In this document: positions 38,633 through 48,418 of the stretch, one piece after another
Layout of the letters: the number at the start of each line of letters is the position of its first letter
Position numbering within the stretch: position 1 is the first letter of the stretch
NCBI GenBank assembly: GCA_965205485.1
Contig: OZ242180.1
Coordinates: 2,240,001-2,304,000 of the forward strand
Length of the DNA: 64,000 bases
Direction of reading: 5' to 3'
Source of the DNA: Candidatus Latescibacterota bacterium
Lineage (GTDB): Bacteria > Latescibacterota > UBA2968 > GCA-2709665
Program-made: the position numbers and the translations under genes
The notes under the pieces: model-generated
Seen by the model: only the letters and a program-made list of their open reading frames with translations
Database searches by the model: none
Told to the model about the DNA's origin: nothing

Positions 38633-39586
38633 CTATTCCCCGCGGGGTCGATATCTGGGCGTGAACGCCCGTCCGTAGAACAGCGGCATCAGCTCATGCG
38701 GTACGTGGTCGGTCTGTCCGAGTGACGCCATTCCGCCGAACTCGTAGTCGGAATGGACCAGCCGCGAGAGCATGATGAGCCGCTCCTTGTCCGTCTCGAT
38801 GTTGATGGTCCGGTGCATCAGCGGGCCGTCGGCGAACAGCAGCGCCGAGCCCCGCTTCGCCGTGGTCTGGTGGAAGAACTCGGAGTCCGGATGGTCCGTG
38901 ATGTACTGCTTCAGATCGTCGTACGAGAGGTCGAGTCTGTGACTTCCCGCGAAGATCCCGGTACCGCCGTCGCCGGGGCCCACGTCCGTGAGATAGAGGA
39001 TCAAACCGAGGATCTGCGTATGGAACCAGCCATTCTTGCGGACCGCCCGGTCCTTGTGTCGCGTGACCCCGCCGTGCCAGCCAAGGACGGGGGTTTCGGA
39101 ACGCCGGTTGAAGCGGACGGCGACCTGATGGAACCGGAAGGTCCCGCCCAGCAGTTCGGTCGCGATCCCCAGGACGCGCGGCCTGGTCAGAACCGACAGG
39201 TAGATGGGGTCCAGGCCCAGCACGTTCTCAATCTCAAGACGTTCCAGGTGAAGTTCGCCCGAAGCCGTCCTCCTCCGGTTCGCCCGCCAGATCGCCCCGT
39301 CCCGGAAGTCCTCGTATTTTCTGGGCGGCGGAGGCGGTGTGATCTCGTTGTCGCCGGCCGCGTCCAGGATTTCCGCCTTCAGTTTGTGGGCTGACGCTTC
39401 TATGGACTGCAACTCCGGCTCGGTAAACAGGTCCTCGACGATGGTGTACCCGAAAAGCTCGAACCGCATCCGCTGTTCCAGCGTCAGGGCCGGGAATGGA
39501 TAGTCGAATTCGGTCTGCGGCACATCCGAGAACCCGAATCCGGGATTCGGCGCGGTGTAGCTGGTTTTCGTCGCTGTCTCGGCCAT
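38633..39586 (-). CDS. PhyH-family Fe(II)/2OG enzyme with HxG motif
   Basis: FELFGYTIVEDLF, WHGG, YLTDVGPGDGGT.IFAGSH, LMHRT, KER; RBS before ATG 39586. Confidence 0.85.
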   Translation of the reverse strand: MAETATKTSYTAPNPGFGFSDVPQTEFDYPFPALTLEQRMRFELFGYTIVEDLFTEPELQSIEASAHKLKAEILDAAGDNEITPPPPPRKYEDFRDGAIWRANRRRTASGELHLERLEIENVLGLDPIYLSVLTRPRVLGIATELLGGTFRFHQVAVRFNRRSETPVLGWHGGVTRHKDRAVRKNGWFHTQILGLILYLTDVGPGDGGTGIFAGSHRLDLSYDDLKQYITDHPDSEFFHQTTAKRGSALLFADGPLMHRTINIETDKERLIMLSRLVHSDYEFGGMASLGQTDHVPHELMPLFYGRAFTPRYRPRGE

Positions 39587-39641
39587 TTCGATGCACCTCC
39601 AAAGACAATCTGTCCGTTTCGACAGGCTCAACGAAACTCAT

Positions 39642-39712
39642 TGAACCCCTGGCTGTACCTCGAACTGAACCCACGGCCGTACCTCGAACTGCCAGTTCGA
39701 GCTACCTGATCA
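39642..39712. repeat. 24-bp tandem duplication merging into a GTAG-type REP
   Basis: TGAACCCCTGGCTGTACCTCGAAC / TGAACCCACGGCCGTACCTCGAAC (21/24), then CTCGAACTGCCAGTTCGAGCTACCTGATCA. Confidence 0.75.
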
Positions 39713-39730
39713 AGCAGCCTCATTCCCGAG

Positions 39731-40555
39731 TCAATCCCCTGCCCGCACCCAGTGCCTGAAAAGGGGCTTCACCTTTTCGGGCATCGAATCATAGACTTCC
39801 TGCGGAACGGGCGGGACCTCTGGCGCATTGAGTCCGGTGGCCTCCAGCATCCGCTCGCGCGCTTCGGAGCCGGGCATCAGGACACCGGTATCGAGCCACC
39901 AGGGCGCGTAGCGAATCACGACCGACACGCGCGGCTCGTCGGAACGGTTGGGGGCCGTGGCGTGCCACAGCCGGCTGTCCAGCATCAGCACGCTTCCCGC
40001 TTCGCCTTCCGCGTTGCATTCGCCGGGAATGGCGCCGAGCGGGTCGAATCCGTTTCCCCCGCTTGGATTGTTGTTCGAACGGTGGCTGCCGGGAAGAATG
40101 AGGGTTCCTCCGTTTTTCGCACTGAAGGGTGAGAGCATCCACAGCGTGGTGAGGTGCATCACCGCGTCGGGATAGGGCGCGGCAATATGTCCGGCGTTGT
40201 TCTGGTTGAAGGGCCAGTCGGCGTGCCACGCGCCGCGCGGATTACCCGGGAAATTCACCGTCGCGGTTGTGAAAGAGATCCGGACGTGTTCGCCCAGCAT
40301 TCCCTCGACGACGCCCATGACCCCGGAATCCGCCACATAGGGCGCGAAAGACTGCTCCCGGGCGACGAAACCGGAGACGTGGCCGATGCCCTTGTCGTCG
40401 AGCGTTTCGGCATTCGCGTGCCGGTGGACGGCATCCATGACGCTCTCTCTCACCGCCGTAACCCGGTCCTCGGGTACGACGTTCTTCACGACACACCAGC
40501 CGTTGACGCGCATCTGCATGAGTTCGCCCTGCATCCGGTCTGCTCCTGAATCCAT
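39731..40555 (-). CDS. PhyH-family Fe(II)/2OG dioxygenase
   Basis: WHADWP, NGGTLILPGSH, LWHATAPNRS..PR. Confidence 0.9.
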   Translation of the reverse strand: MDSGADRMQGELMQMRVNGWCVVKNVVPEDRVTAVRESVMDAVHRHANAETLDDKGIGHVSGFVAREQSFAPYVADSGVMGVVEGMLGEHVRISFTTATVNFPGNPRGAWHADWPFNQNNAGHIAAPYPDAVMHLTTLWMLSPFSAKNGGTLILPGSHRSNNNPSGGNGFDPLGAIPGECNAEGEAGSVLMLDSRLWHATAPNRSDEPRVSVVIRYAPWWLDTGVLMPGSEARERMLEATGLNAPEVPPVPQEVYDSMPEKVKPLFRHWVRAGD

Positions 40556-40608
40556 ATAGTTATCCTCTTAGATCGGCGTGACGGCACGCAAGCCGCCCGT
40601 CCCCGCGC

Positions 40609-42582
40609 TCACGGCTGCAGGATCCAGATCCCGCCCACTTTGCCCGTGATGCTGTCGATGACGATCCACATCCCAAGGCAGACCGCCTCCCCGAGGATGA
40701 TCCCGACAAAGAACAGCCGGGTCATCCTGTACAGGTTGGCGCCTCCGAACCGAAGCACGAGCGACTTGATTCCCCAGGCGAGAAACACGCTGAAGAAGTA
40801 GTTGTGCGTATAGGCGATCGTGCTCACGGGCAGCGCAACCGGGTGCAGCGGCCACGACGGCAGCCGGGAGCGAAGCGCCATCATCATCACGACGACGGCG
40901 ATGCCCAGACCCGTATACAGGAAGCCGGGATAGAAGATGGGCGAGGGTGAGAGCAGCCTGCGCCCGATGTATTCGTCGAACGGCAGCGCGCAGTCGTTGA
41001 CGTCCCGGAACCAGTAGTCCAGGTTGCGGCCGCCGTGTTCATATCCCAGCTGAAGCGTGGTATAGCTCGCCGCGATCAGGCCGGCGGCCAGCGCGGCGCC
41101 CATCGCCAGCACGAGACCCCGCTTGCGCCCGATCTCCCGCGCGAGCCGAAGCGCGCCCGAAGCCCTCGGCATGAGCGTATTCAACCGGGTCATCGTCCAG
41201 GCGAAGCTGACGCCCAGCGACGTCAGCCCCGTCGGGCTGAACGCCGCAGAGCCCACGGCGCATACCACGAACTCGGACGGATTCAGCGGGGAATAGGTTA
41301 CGGAATATCCGGTCTCGCTCACGATGCGGGCGAGCACCAGAAAGACGACAAAGCTGAAGAAGCCCAGCAGCAGGACGAGATGGGGAGAGATTCCCGCCTG
41401 GTAGAGCCAGCATCCGAGATAGAATGTCCCCGCAACGATCCCGGCCACCGCGGACCGGTAGGGGATCACCTCGTCCGAATCGTCCAGGCGCGACGGGCGG
41501 CCCATTGCCCTCGCCCACACCTCGCGCAGGTGCCCTCGCGCGATCCACAGACTGTAGCCGGCCAGGCCGAGCATGTATCCCATGCCCATCATCGCCAGGA
41601 ATTCCGATCCCTGGGAACTGTGCCGCCCTACGACGCCCGAGACGCCGTATGTCTCCGCCCCGACAATGGCCAGAATGCCGCTGATGCACTTTGCGATGAC
41701 GTTGAACAGCCAGATGCTCAGACTCACGTCCGTATTCACGAAATACGAGTACCCAAGGATCGCGAAATGAAGACCGATATGCACGGGGATCGCCCGGCGG
41801 AAGATCCAGAGAGTCGTTCGCAGCTGAATCCGCGGAAGCGAGTAGTAGTACCTCTGAAGCCCGTTCAACAGTCCGATCAGAAACGGTAGCGCGAACCCTC
41901 CCCACATCATCCTGCTTCGGAACAGAGGCCCCACCGTCCGCGCCCCCATCTCGCTCATCTCCAGCGGCACCTGCATAATCGGAAACGCAAAGCGCTCGTG
42001 CTCCTCCCACTGCTTTCTCATGAGAACCGCCAGGCACACGAGCACGACGTAGAGCACGACCAGGAACGACCCCCAGCTCCACAGGGGAACCACCCACGAC
42101 CACCAGGGCACCGGGCTGCCTGCGGGAAGGCCGTCGTACAGCCCCCGTACCACTTCGGTATCCAGGATCGACAGCCAGGGAAGCGCATTGGGCAACACGG
42201 CTTCCAGGTGCCGCATTTCCGGAGAGGCATAGTAGGTGACGCCCGTCATGAAGCCCAGCAGGGCCTTGGTCATCTTCCATGACGGCATCAGAAACAGCAA
42301 CATGACGTAGATGGCCAGCAACTCGCCCCGGCCCAATGAGAAGCGGCGCTTCAGGGCGGCCGCCAGCGGGTTGACCACCAGCACGAGCACAAAAAAAACG
42401 AACAGCACGCCCCGGTCCATATAGTAGTTGCCCATGAAGGGCCCCTGGACGACCATCCGGTTGTAGGTCAACGCGACGCCCATGAACGCGCAAAGACCCA
42501 GCCCGATCAGGAAGGCGCGAAGGGTCAGCCCGTCCTCCGATTGCGCGTGTTGCTGTGGGTCTTTCGCTCGAGCGCTTTCCAC
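40609..42582 (-). CDS. DUF6785/DUF6784-type membrane protein, paralogue 2
   Basis: Shares YYMDRG, QWEEHERFAFP, SSQGSEFLA, YSPLNPSEFVVCAVGS with 1212-3227. Confidence 0.8.
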   Translation of the reverse strand: MESARAKDPQQHAQSEDGLTLRAFLIGLGLCAFMGVALTYNRMVVQGPFMGNYYMDRGVLFVFFVLVLVVNPLAAALKRRFSLGRGELLAIYVMLLFLMPSWKMTKALLGFMTGVTYYASPEMRHLEAVLPNALPWLSILDTEVVRGLYDGLPAGSPVPWWSWVVPLWSWGSFLVVLYVVLVCLAVLMRKQWEEHERFAFPIMQVPLEMSEMGARTVGPLFRSRMMWGGFALPFLIGLLNGLQRYYYSLPRIQLRTTLWIFRRAIPVHIGLHFAILGYSYFVNTDVSLSIWLFNVIAKCISGILAIVGAETYGVSGVVGRHSSQGSEFLAMMGMGYMLGLAGYSLWIARGHLREVWARAMGRPSRLDDSDEVIPYRSAVAGIVAGTFYLGCWLYQAGISPHLVLLLGFFSFVVFLVLARIVSETGYSVTYSPLNPSEFVVCAVGSAAFSPTGLTSLGVSFAWTMTRLNTLMPRASGALRLAREIGRKRGLVLAMGAALAAGLIAASYTTLQLGYEHGGRNLDYWFRDVNDCALPFDEYIGRRLLSPSPIFYPGFLYTGLGIAVVVMMMALRSRLPSWPLHPVALPVSTIAYTHNYFFSVFLAWGIKSLVLRFGGANLYRMTRLFFVGIILGEAVCLGMWIVIDSITGKVGGIWILQP

Positions 42583-42608
42583 TCATTTCCCCGTCTGTGG
42601 GCGACATT

Positions 42609-43631
42609 TCATGTTCTGCCGCACTCGGCCACGCCGATGTGGCGGTAGATTCCGGCTCGATCGATGCCAAGCGTGTCGGCGCCTGTCCTGTATAGCGTAC
42701 CCCAGTCGCGGGCCGAGTAATACATCAGATAGCGGTCCCCGCCGTCCACGACGCACGGCGTGGAGGTATACCGCCCGTCGTAGTCATTGGGATCCCGCGT
42801 CGCGGGCAGGGCGGGGGCGTCATGGTGGTGGATCCAGTTCAGACCGTCGGACGACGTGGAGCAGTAAATCTCGAACACCGGGCGGACCAGCGGCGATTCG
42901 GACCCTGTGTCGATCACCACTTCTCCGCCGGCAGGCCAGGCTCCGTACCACATGATGTATCCGTCGCCGTCGCGCATGACGAATGGATAGATCGTGCCCC
43001 TGAGCTTTTCGTTGAAGCTCACGGCGGGTTCGGGGTCGCGCGTCCAGTGGAGGCCGTCCTTGGATTCGAAGCGATAGATGTGATGTACCAGGTCGTCGAA
43101 GCTTCCGTCGGGCGTCGGCGATGAGTTCATCCACATCCGGTAGGCGCCCGGACCGTCCTTGATCACGCACGGACGTCGCCCGCTGTGATAGATCGGCTCC
43201 GGATGTACGTTCCATTTCAGCCCGTCGCGGCTGGTGGCATAACCCAGTTGCTGCTCGAAGCTCACGAGCCAGGTTGGACCGCCCCGGACAACGGTCGACA
43301 TGATGAACCACATCTTGAACAGGCCCTCGTCCGCGTCGAAGATCACATGGGGTGTCTGCCAGGCGTCGCAGGCAGGCAGATCGTCGCGGGTGAGGATGGG
43401 GTTGTCCGGGTACTCGTTCCAGTGGATGCCATCGTCCGATTCGGCAAAGCCCACGACCGAATCGTCTGTACGGGTAGCGGTACCGTGAGCGATGTACCAC
43501 ATCATATACCTGTCCGCCACGCGGATCACCGTCGGATTGTAGAGTTCAACCCGGCACCAGTCCTGTCGGGTGGTCAGCGCGGACAGGATCGGCTCTTCGC
43601 GACGACGCCATTTTGCAAGATGCAGTGACAT
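42609..43631 (-). CDS. Five-bladed beta-propeller glycosidase-like protein
   Basis: QDWCRV.LYNP, GFAESDDGIHW, GRRPCV, YDGRYTSTPCV, GIYRHIG; close paralogue of 37209-38486. Confidence 0.8.
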   Translation of the reverse strand: MSLHLAKWRRREEPILSALTTRQDWCRVELYNPTVIRVADRYMMWYIAHGTATRTDDSVVGFAESDDGIHWNEYPDNPILTRDDLPACDAWQTPHVIFDADEGLFKMWFIMSTVVRGGPTWLVSFEQQLGYATSRDGLKWNVHPEPIYHSGRRPCVIKDGPGAYRMWMNSSPTPDGSFDDLVHHIYRFESKDGLHWTRDPEPAVSFNEKLRGTIYPFVMRDGDGYIMWYGAWPAGGEVVIDTGSESPLVRPVFEIYCSTSSDGLNWIHHHDAPALPATRDPNDYDGRYTSTPCVVDGGDRYLMYYSARDWGTLYRTGADTLGIDRAGIYRHIGVAECGRT

Positions 43632-43643
43632 TCTTTCGTTCCT

Positions 43644-44855
43644 TTAAAGTTCCGAAAGGGTATCGGATAGTTCCTCTATGGCAATCGCATGTGTCGCGAG
43701 TGGACGCTCGGCCATGGTACACGCGGTTTCGCGATAGCCGGAGCCACTGACGATGGCGACGACGACGTCTTCGGGACGGACCTGCCCCGAATTCATCAGA
43801 CGGGTTGTGCCGGCCAGGCAGGCGCCCGTTGACGGCTCCACAAACAGTCCTTCCCGCCGGCCGCAGGCTTCCTGGGCCGATAGAGCTTCCTCGTCCGTGA
43901 CGGAAACGAAAAAGCCGTTCGACGAACGTATGGCCTCCAAAGCTTCCATGCCGTCGGGGGGGTAGCTGTGGGCGAGTTTCACCAGAATCGAAGGCGGCAG
44001 GTTGTCATAAGGCAGCGCCAGCACGCCTTCCCACCGGTTCAATCCGCGTTCGAAGGCAACTTCCAACGCGTTGTAGTCCGCGGGTACCACGCCGATCATC
44101 CTGGGAACAGAGTCGATAAGCCCGAGGGCCTGACAATCCTGAAATCCCCGCCAGACCCCCGAGACCGTACCGCCGCCACCCACGGGAACCACCACCCAGT
44201 CGGGCGCTTTGCCGAGTTCTTCCACAATCTCGAAGGCGATGGTCTTGTTCCCCTCGGCCTGGTACGGATTTGAATTCCGGCTTGTCGTACTCAGATAGAG
44301 TCCCTGTTCACGGCAGACGTCAATCACTCCCTGTACGATGGGATCGATCAGGGCCTTCACTTCGACAAGCGCCGCGCCCAGTCCGAACATGGGGTAGAGC
44401 CGCTCCGGCGGCGTTCCTTCCGTCATGACCACGACGCTGCGCAACCCCGCCCGTGCGGCCAGCGCGGCGTTCGAGATGCCCGCGCTGCCCGTCGATACGA
44501 TCACGGACACATCCGCGCCGATGGCCTTCGCGTGCGTGATCGCGACCGAGAGCGAACGGTCCTTGTGGGATCCGGTGGGGTTGCGGGTCTCGTCCTTCAG
44601 ATAGACCCGATGTTCGTCGAAACTCCGTGCCCGCAGCAGCGGGGTACCGCCTTCACCCAGGGTCACGGCGCCATCGGGGGGGTCTACCGGGAGCAGGGGC
44701 CAGTAGCGCCACATGGTACCGTCGAAGCGGTCGTCCCATGCAACGCCGTCATAACTGTATTGAAACCCCAGGGATCCCGCGCAGACACCGCAGTTCAACG
44801 CCTGGGCATCCTGCTGCGCATCGCACGTCAGACAGATCTTCCGAAATCGGTCCAC
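43644..44855 (-). CDS. Threonine synthase-like PLP fold-II enzyme
   Basis: N-terminal CxxC..CxxC, TLGEGGTPL, NPTGSHKDR (PLP Lys), EGNKTIAFEI, PVGGGG. Confidence 0.85.
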   Translation of the reverse strand: MDRFRKICLTCDAQQDAQALNCGVCAGSLGFQYSYDGVAWDDRFDGTMWRYWPLLPVDPPDGAVTLGEGGTPLLRARSFDEHRVYLKDETRNPTGSHKDRSLSVAITHAKAIGADVSVIVSTGSAGISNAALAARAGLRSVVVMTEGTPPERLYPMFGLGAALVEVKALIDPIVQGVIDVCREQGLYLSTTSRNSNPYQAEGNKTIAFEIVEELGKAPDWVVVPVGGGGTVSGVWRGFQDCQALGLIDSVPRMIGVVPADYNALEVAFERGLNRWEGVLALPYDNLPPSILVKLAHSYPPDGMEALEAIRSSNGFFVSVTDEEALSAQEACGRREGLFVEPSTGACLAGTTRLMNSGQVRPEDVVVAIVSGSGYRETACTMAERPLATHAIAIEELSDTLSEL

Positions 44856-44900
44856 TGTGGACCTCTTACGTTTTTGAGACCGGTGTGGTTGGCGTTCCCG

Positions 44901-44975
44901 GGAGCGAGGGCATCCTGCCCTCGACGCGAATAGGGGTAGGTGACGCGAAGTTCGAGGGCAGGATGCCCTCGCTCC
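44901..44975. repeat. REP doublet (REPIN-like) with perfect 24-bp inverted arms
   Basis: GGAGCGAGGGCATCCTGCCCTCGA (44901-24) and its exact reverse complement (44952-75); each arm is itself palindromic. Confidence 0.85.
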
Positions 44976-45008
44976 GGTTGCGGGTGGATCATGTGGTAAA
45001 AGAGGATA

Positions 45009-45046
45009 AAAAGAAATGGCAATCCCTGAGGACCGCCATTTCTTTT
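45009..45046 (-). terminator. Intrinsic terminator ending the TonB-receptor operon
   Basis: AAAAGAAATGGC...GCCATTTCTTTT, 22 bp after the PorV-like stop. Confidence 0.7.
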
Positions 45047-45068
45047 GTACACAATGCTTCCTGAAAAC

Positions 45069-46022
45069 TCAGAACGCGCCGCTCAGCGTGAACCGCAGCG
45101 GGGCATCCAGATACGTGCCGAAATCGCTGTACGCAACGTCGGCCTGCACGATCCGTCCGTTCGGCATCGCGAATTTCAACCCCGCCCCGAGCGTCCAGGA
45201 CTCTTCGTCGAAGTTGGCCTTATAGCCCGCCCGGAGGGCGAAGTTGTTCTGAAGCCAGAGTTCGCCGCCGAAACGGTACTGCGGGTCGGCGAAATCCGTG
45301 GCGTACGAATTCTCGAAGGTTACCGTGATATAGGTGGGGTCGCCGGTGGCACCGACAATCTCCATTGCCGCGGCCGTGCTGAAGGCAACCGGCATTTTTC
45401 TGACGTCCTCGATCACCTTGACGTCCTTGCCCATGTTCTCGAAGGTCATGCCGAGACGCAGGCTCCTGAAACCGGTGTAGAAAAACGTGGATACGCCCAC
45501 GTCCCACGCGTTCAGGCGGTCGGTATCCAGCGTCTGTTGCGTCCAGCGGAATATCGAGCCGACGGAGAGTTTATCTGTCAGCTTCCTGGCGTAGACCACG
45601 CCCAGCGAGAGATCGCCCATATCGGGGTACCGTCCGGTCCCGGTGGGCTGGAAAATGGTCGTCTCTTCGAACTCGTGGGGGCTGAAGGTAACGACGTTAA
45701 CACCCAGAACCCCGTACGCCGTGTTGTAGGCCATCCCGCCCGTAAGGATGTGGTCGTTCATCAGCCACCGGGTGTATCCGAGTGTAAACGCGGCGCGTTC
45801 GATATGCGTGAGTCCGGCGGGATTCGAAAATATGGCATCGATATTGTCCGATACGGCCACGAACGCACCGCCCATACCGGCCATTCGTGCTCCATGATCG
45901 ATCTTCAGAACAGGGAGGACCATCCGCGCCAACCGCCGCTGGTCCTGGGCGTCCGCCCCCCGGGGGTAGAGCAGGGCGCAGATCACCGCCGCTGTCAGTC
46001 CGATCCACAACGTCCGTTTCAT
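45069..46022 (-). CDS. PorV/PorQ (UPF0164/FadL-like) outer-membrane protein
   Basis: Signal peptide; LKIDHGARMAGMGGAFVAVSDNIDAIFSNPAGL; ALRAGY; C-terminal Phe. Confidence 0.85.
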   Translation of the reverse strand: MKRTLWIGLTAAVICALLYPRGADAQDQRRLARMVLPVLKIDHGARMAGMGGAFVAVSDNIDAIFSNPAGLTHIERAAFTLGYTRWLMNDHILTGGMAYNTAYGVLGVNVVTFSPHEFEETTIFQPTGTGRYPDMGDLSLGVVYARKLTDKLSVGSIFRWTQQTLDTDRLNAWDVGVSTFFYTGFRSLRLGMTFENMGKDVKVIEDVRKMPVAFSTAAAMEIVGATGDPTYITVTFENSYATDFADPQYRFGGELWLQNNFALRAGYKANFDEESWTLGAGLKFAMPNGRIVQADVAYSDFGTYLDAPLRFTLSGAF

Positions 46023-46081
46023 CGCGTCATCTCCTTGAGTTTCAGTATGGACCTGAGCCGAGCAGAAATTGAGATCTGCCC

Positions 46082-48352
46082 CTACTTGATGATCATCAAC
46101 GTTCCGCGCTGTGTCTGGCCCGCGCTCCCCGGCATCTGGGATTCGACGATCCAGTAGTAGACGCCAGCGGGCACGTCACCGCCGCGCGAGTGGGGGATCT
46201 GGTTCCATCCGGCTTCGCCCCGGGCGGGGTCTTCGTGTTCGATCAAGGCCGCAAGTTCGCCCGCCACGGTGTAGATCCGGATCGTACACTTTTGCGGGAT
46301 ATTCGTAAACCGTATCAACCCCGCTGACGGATAGTTGTGGGCCCCGTCCACCTTGTGCGGATTGGGGACGACGATCACGTCCCGCGCCAGCTGGTCCGCC
46401 GAAGCGTTGGCCGGCACGAAGGGAACGCTGGTCATGACGCCGCCAGCCCACTGCTCGGGCGCGCTGTTGCCGCCCTCCATGGACGGAATGGCCATCCCGG
46501 TCCCGTTCCAGTCGTCGTGGCCCGAGTCGTAGGCGGCCACGCGGTAGGTGTACTCGAAACCCGCAACGGACCTCCGGTCTTCAACCTGGTAGGTGCCGCC
46601 GCTGTAGTACTCCGGGTCCTTCAGCGGAATATCGGCCATCAGCTTCCAGTCGTCGATCTTGTAGTCCGAGCGGTAGACCCGGTAGCCCACGATATCCTGC
46701 GCCTCGGCGCCGGTGTAGTCCGGGTCGGTCGCGCCGTCGCCGGCGTCGGTCCACTTGATCAGGTTGAATCCGTCGACCGACGCGGTGGTTTCCGTCTTGA
46801 CGTCAGGCGGGGGATCGGGCAGATCGTAGTTCCATCTGAAGGCGTCGGCCGCGGCCTTGTGGTGTTTGAGCAAGTTGTTCATGGGCTTGTCCGACAACAT
46901 ATCTTCCTGCCGGCTTTGCTTGGCCCAACCATAGATATTCTCCTCCACCGGCGCGGCCGCCACCAGGGCGTAGACGATTCTCACCTTGTCTCCGGGGGCC
47001 ATGTCGTACGGCCCATAGGCGAAGGAAGCGACAAGCCCGTCTATCGTGGTGGGATTGTCCATGATGAATGGCGCAGGACTCGTCAGTTCGCTGTAGATCT
47101 GCTCGGAGCTCATGTTCTCCGAACCCGGTTCCGAAAAATCGGTTCGGTCCCTGTAGTCCCACCACTTGACGGTATGGGGCTGGTCGGCTACCCGGGGCTC
47201 GATGAAGCTCGCGTCTCCGCCGGTGTCGAAGGTAAAGGTCGAGGCATCGTTGACCGATCCGGGCGTGTATGCCAGCGGGGCGGCGCCGATGTACTGGAAG
47301 GCCCCCATCTCCCCCTCGATTTTCGTCTGCTGGAGACAGCACTGGTGCCAGCTCTGGTTCGCACGTTCCTCACTATACGGTTTGCCGATGTCGTTTCCAG
47401 GCAGGTCGGGATTGTCCGCATCAAAAGCATACCACATCTTGAGCCCCAACGCATCGCCCGGACCGTCGAAGTTGGCCGCTTCGGTATATTTGTACCAATC
47501 GTCCAGCGCGATCGGAATGGTACGCCGGAAGAATGAATCCCCCGCATAGTGGGCCTGGCCGCACTGGGAGGCGTAAAAGCGGGTGGAGAAGATCAGGAAC
47601 GTATCGTTCAACTGCAGCCCGCCGCCGCCGAGGTCCGACACGCCGTCACCGTCGGAATCTCCGGTGTTCTCGAACGTATATTCCATAATCTGGAAGTCGT
47701 CGAAGTCCGGATAACTCCATGCGTACGACTTTTTCGTTACGGTGATGCCGTTCTTTGTGGTCCATTTGCTGACGATGATGCTCTCCGGAAAGTTGTCCTT
47801 GTCGGCCTCCATATATTCGCTGTACCGGTAGTTGTGGATCTCCACCGGCGAAGCGGGACCCGGCGCGGGCTGCCCCGGCCACCAGTTGGCCATAACGGGA
47901 CCCAGGGGAGATACCTTCCGGTAGCCGATATTGCTCTCCGGCCCCTGCGAAGGATCGTAGGCCATGGGGACCACGTCCTCCGATTCAAGTGTTGCCTTCG
48001 ACTCGGAAACGTGGTAATCACCGCCGACCCGTGTCGCGATGAACTGGTTCCAGCCGGGCATGGTGCCGCACAATTCGTTGTAGTAGACCACCCACTCGGA
48101 CCGGACGCCCCAGGTCCGGGTGCCCCAGTAGTCGATGAATTCCTGCGGGTACTGCACCCAGAACCTTCCCGGATAAGCCATGCCCACGGGCCGGTACCAG
48201 CTCATGGGCGTGGCGGCGCGCACACCCTGCGTGCCCGAGTTCCAGTAGATGTCCCATACCTTCGCACGGGACTGGACCCGGAGTTCCGCGTGGACCGAGG
48301 TGCTGAACACCAGAGCCATGAGCGCAATCCCGCTTACGATATTCCTTTTCAT
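46082..48352 (-). CDS. Exported protein with Fn3-like domain and T9SS type-A/FlgD-like C-terminal sorting domain
   Basis: Signal peptide; DSDGDG; GYRVYRS..YTYRVAAYD; VIVVPNP...IRFTNIPQKCTIRIYTVAGEL...VPAGVYYWIV...TLMIIK. Confidence 0.85.
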   Translation of the reverse strand: MKRNIVSGIALMALVFSTSVHAELRVQSRAKVWDIYWNSGTQGVRAATPMSWYRPVGMAYPGRFWVQYPQEFIDYWGTRTWGVRSEWVVYYNELCGTMPGWNQFIATRVGGDYHVSESKATLESEDVVPMAYDPSQGPESNIGYRKVSPLGPVMANWWPGQPAPGPASPVEIHNYRYSEYMEADKDNFPESIIVSKWTTKNGITVTKKSYAWSYPDFDDFQIMEYTFENTGDSDGDGVSDLGGGGLQLNDTFLIFSTRFYASQCGQAHYAGDSFFRRTIPIALDDWYKYTEAANFDGPGDALGLKMWYAFDADNPDLPGNDIGKPYSEERANQSWHQCCLQQTKIEGEMGAFQYIGAAPLAYTPGSVNDASTFTFDTGGDASFIEPRVADQPHTVKWWDYRDRTDFSEPGSENMSSEQIYSELTSPAPFIMDNPTTIDGLVASFAYGPYDMAPGDKVRIVYALVAAAPVEENIYGWAKQSRQEDMLSDKPMNNLLKHHKAAADAFRWNYDLPDPPPDVKTETTASVDGFNLIKWTDAGDGATDPDYTGAEAQDIVGYRVYRSDYKIDDWKLMADIPLKDPEYYSGGTYQVEDRRSVAGFEYTYRVAAYDSGHDDWNGTGMAIPSMEGGNSAPEQWAGGVMTSVPFVPANASADQLARDVIVVPNPHKVDGAHNYPSAGLIRFTNIPQKCTIRIYTVAGELAALIEHEDPARGEAGWNQIPHSRGGDVPAGVYYWIVESQMPGSAGQTQRGTLMIIK

Positions 48353-48418
48353 TTCTTTGACCTCCTCAAAGATGACCAATGAGTTCGGTCCCTCCTTCTC
48401 CGGAGGGGCGCACTCACG

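Noticed and set aside
39642..39712. Possible mini-CRISPR
   Set aside because: Head-to-tail 24-bp duplication without unique spacers
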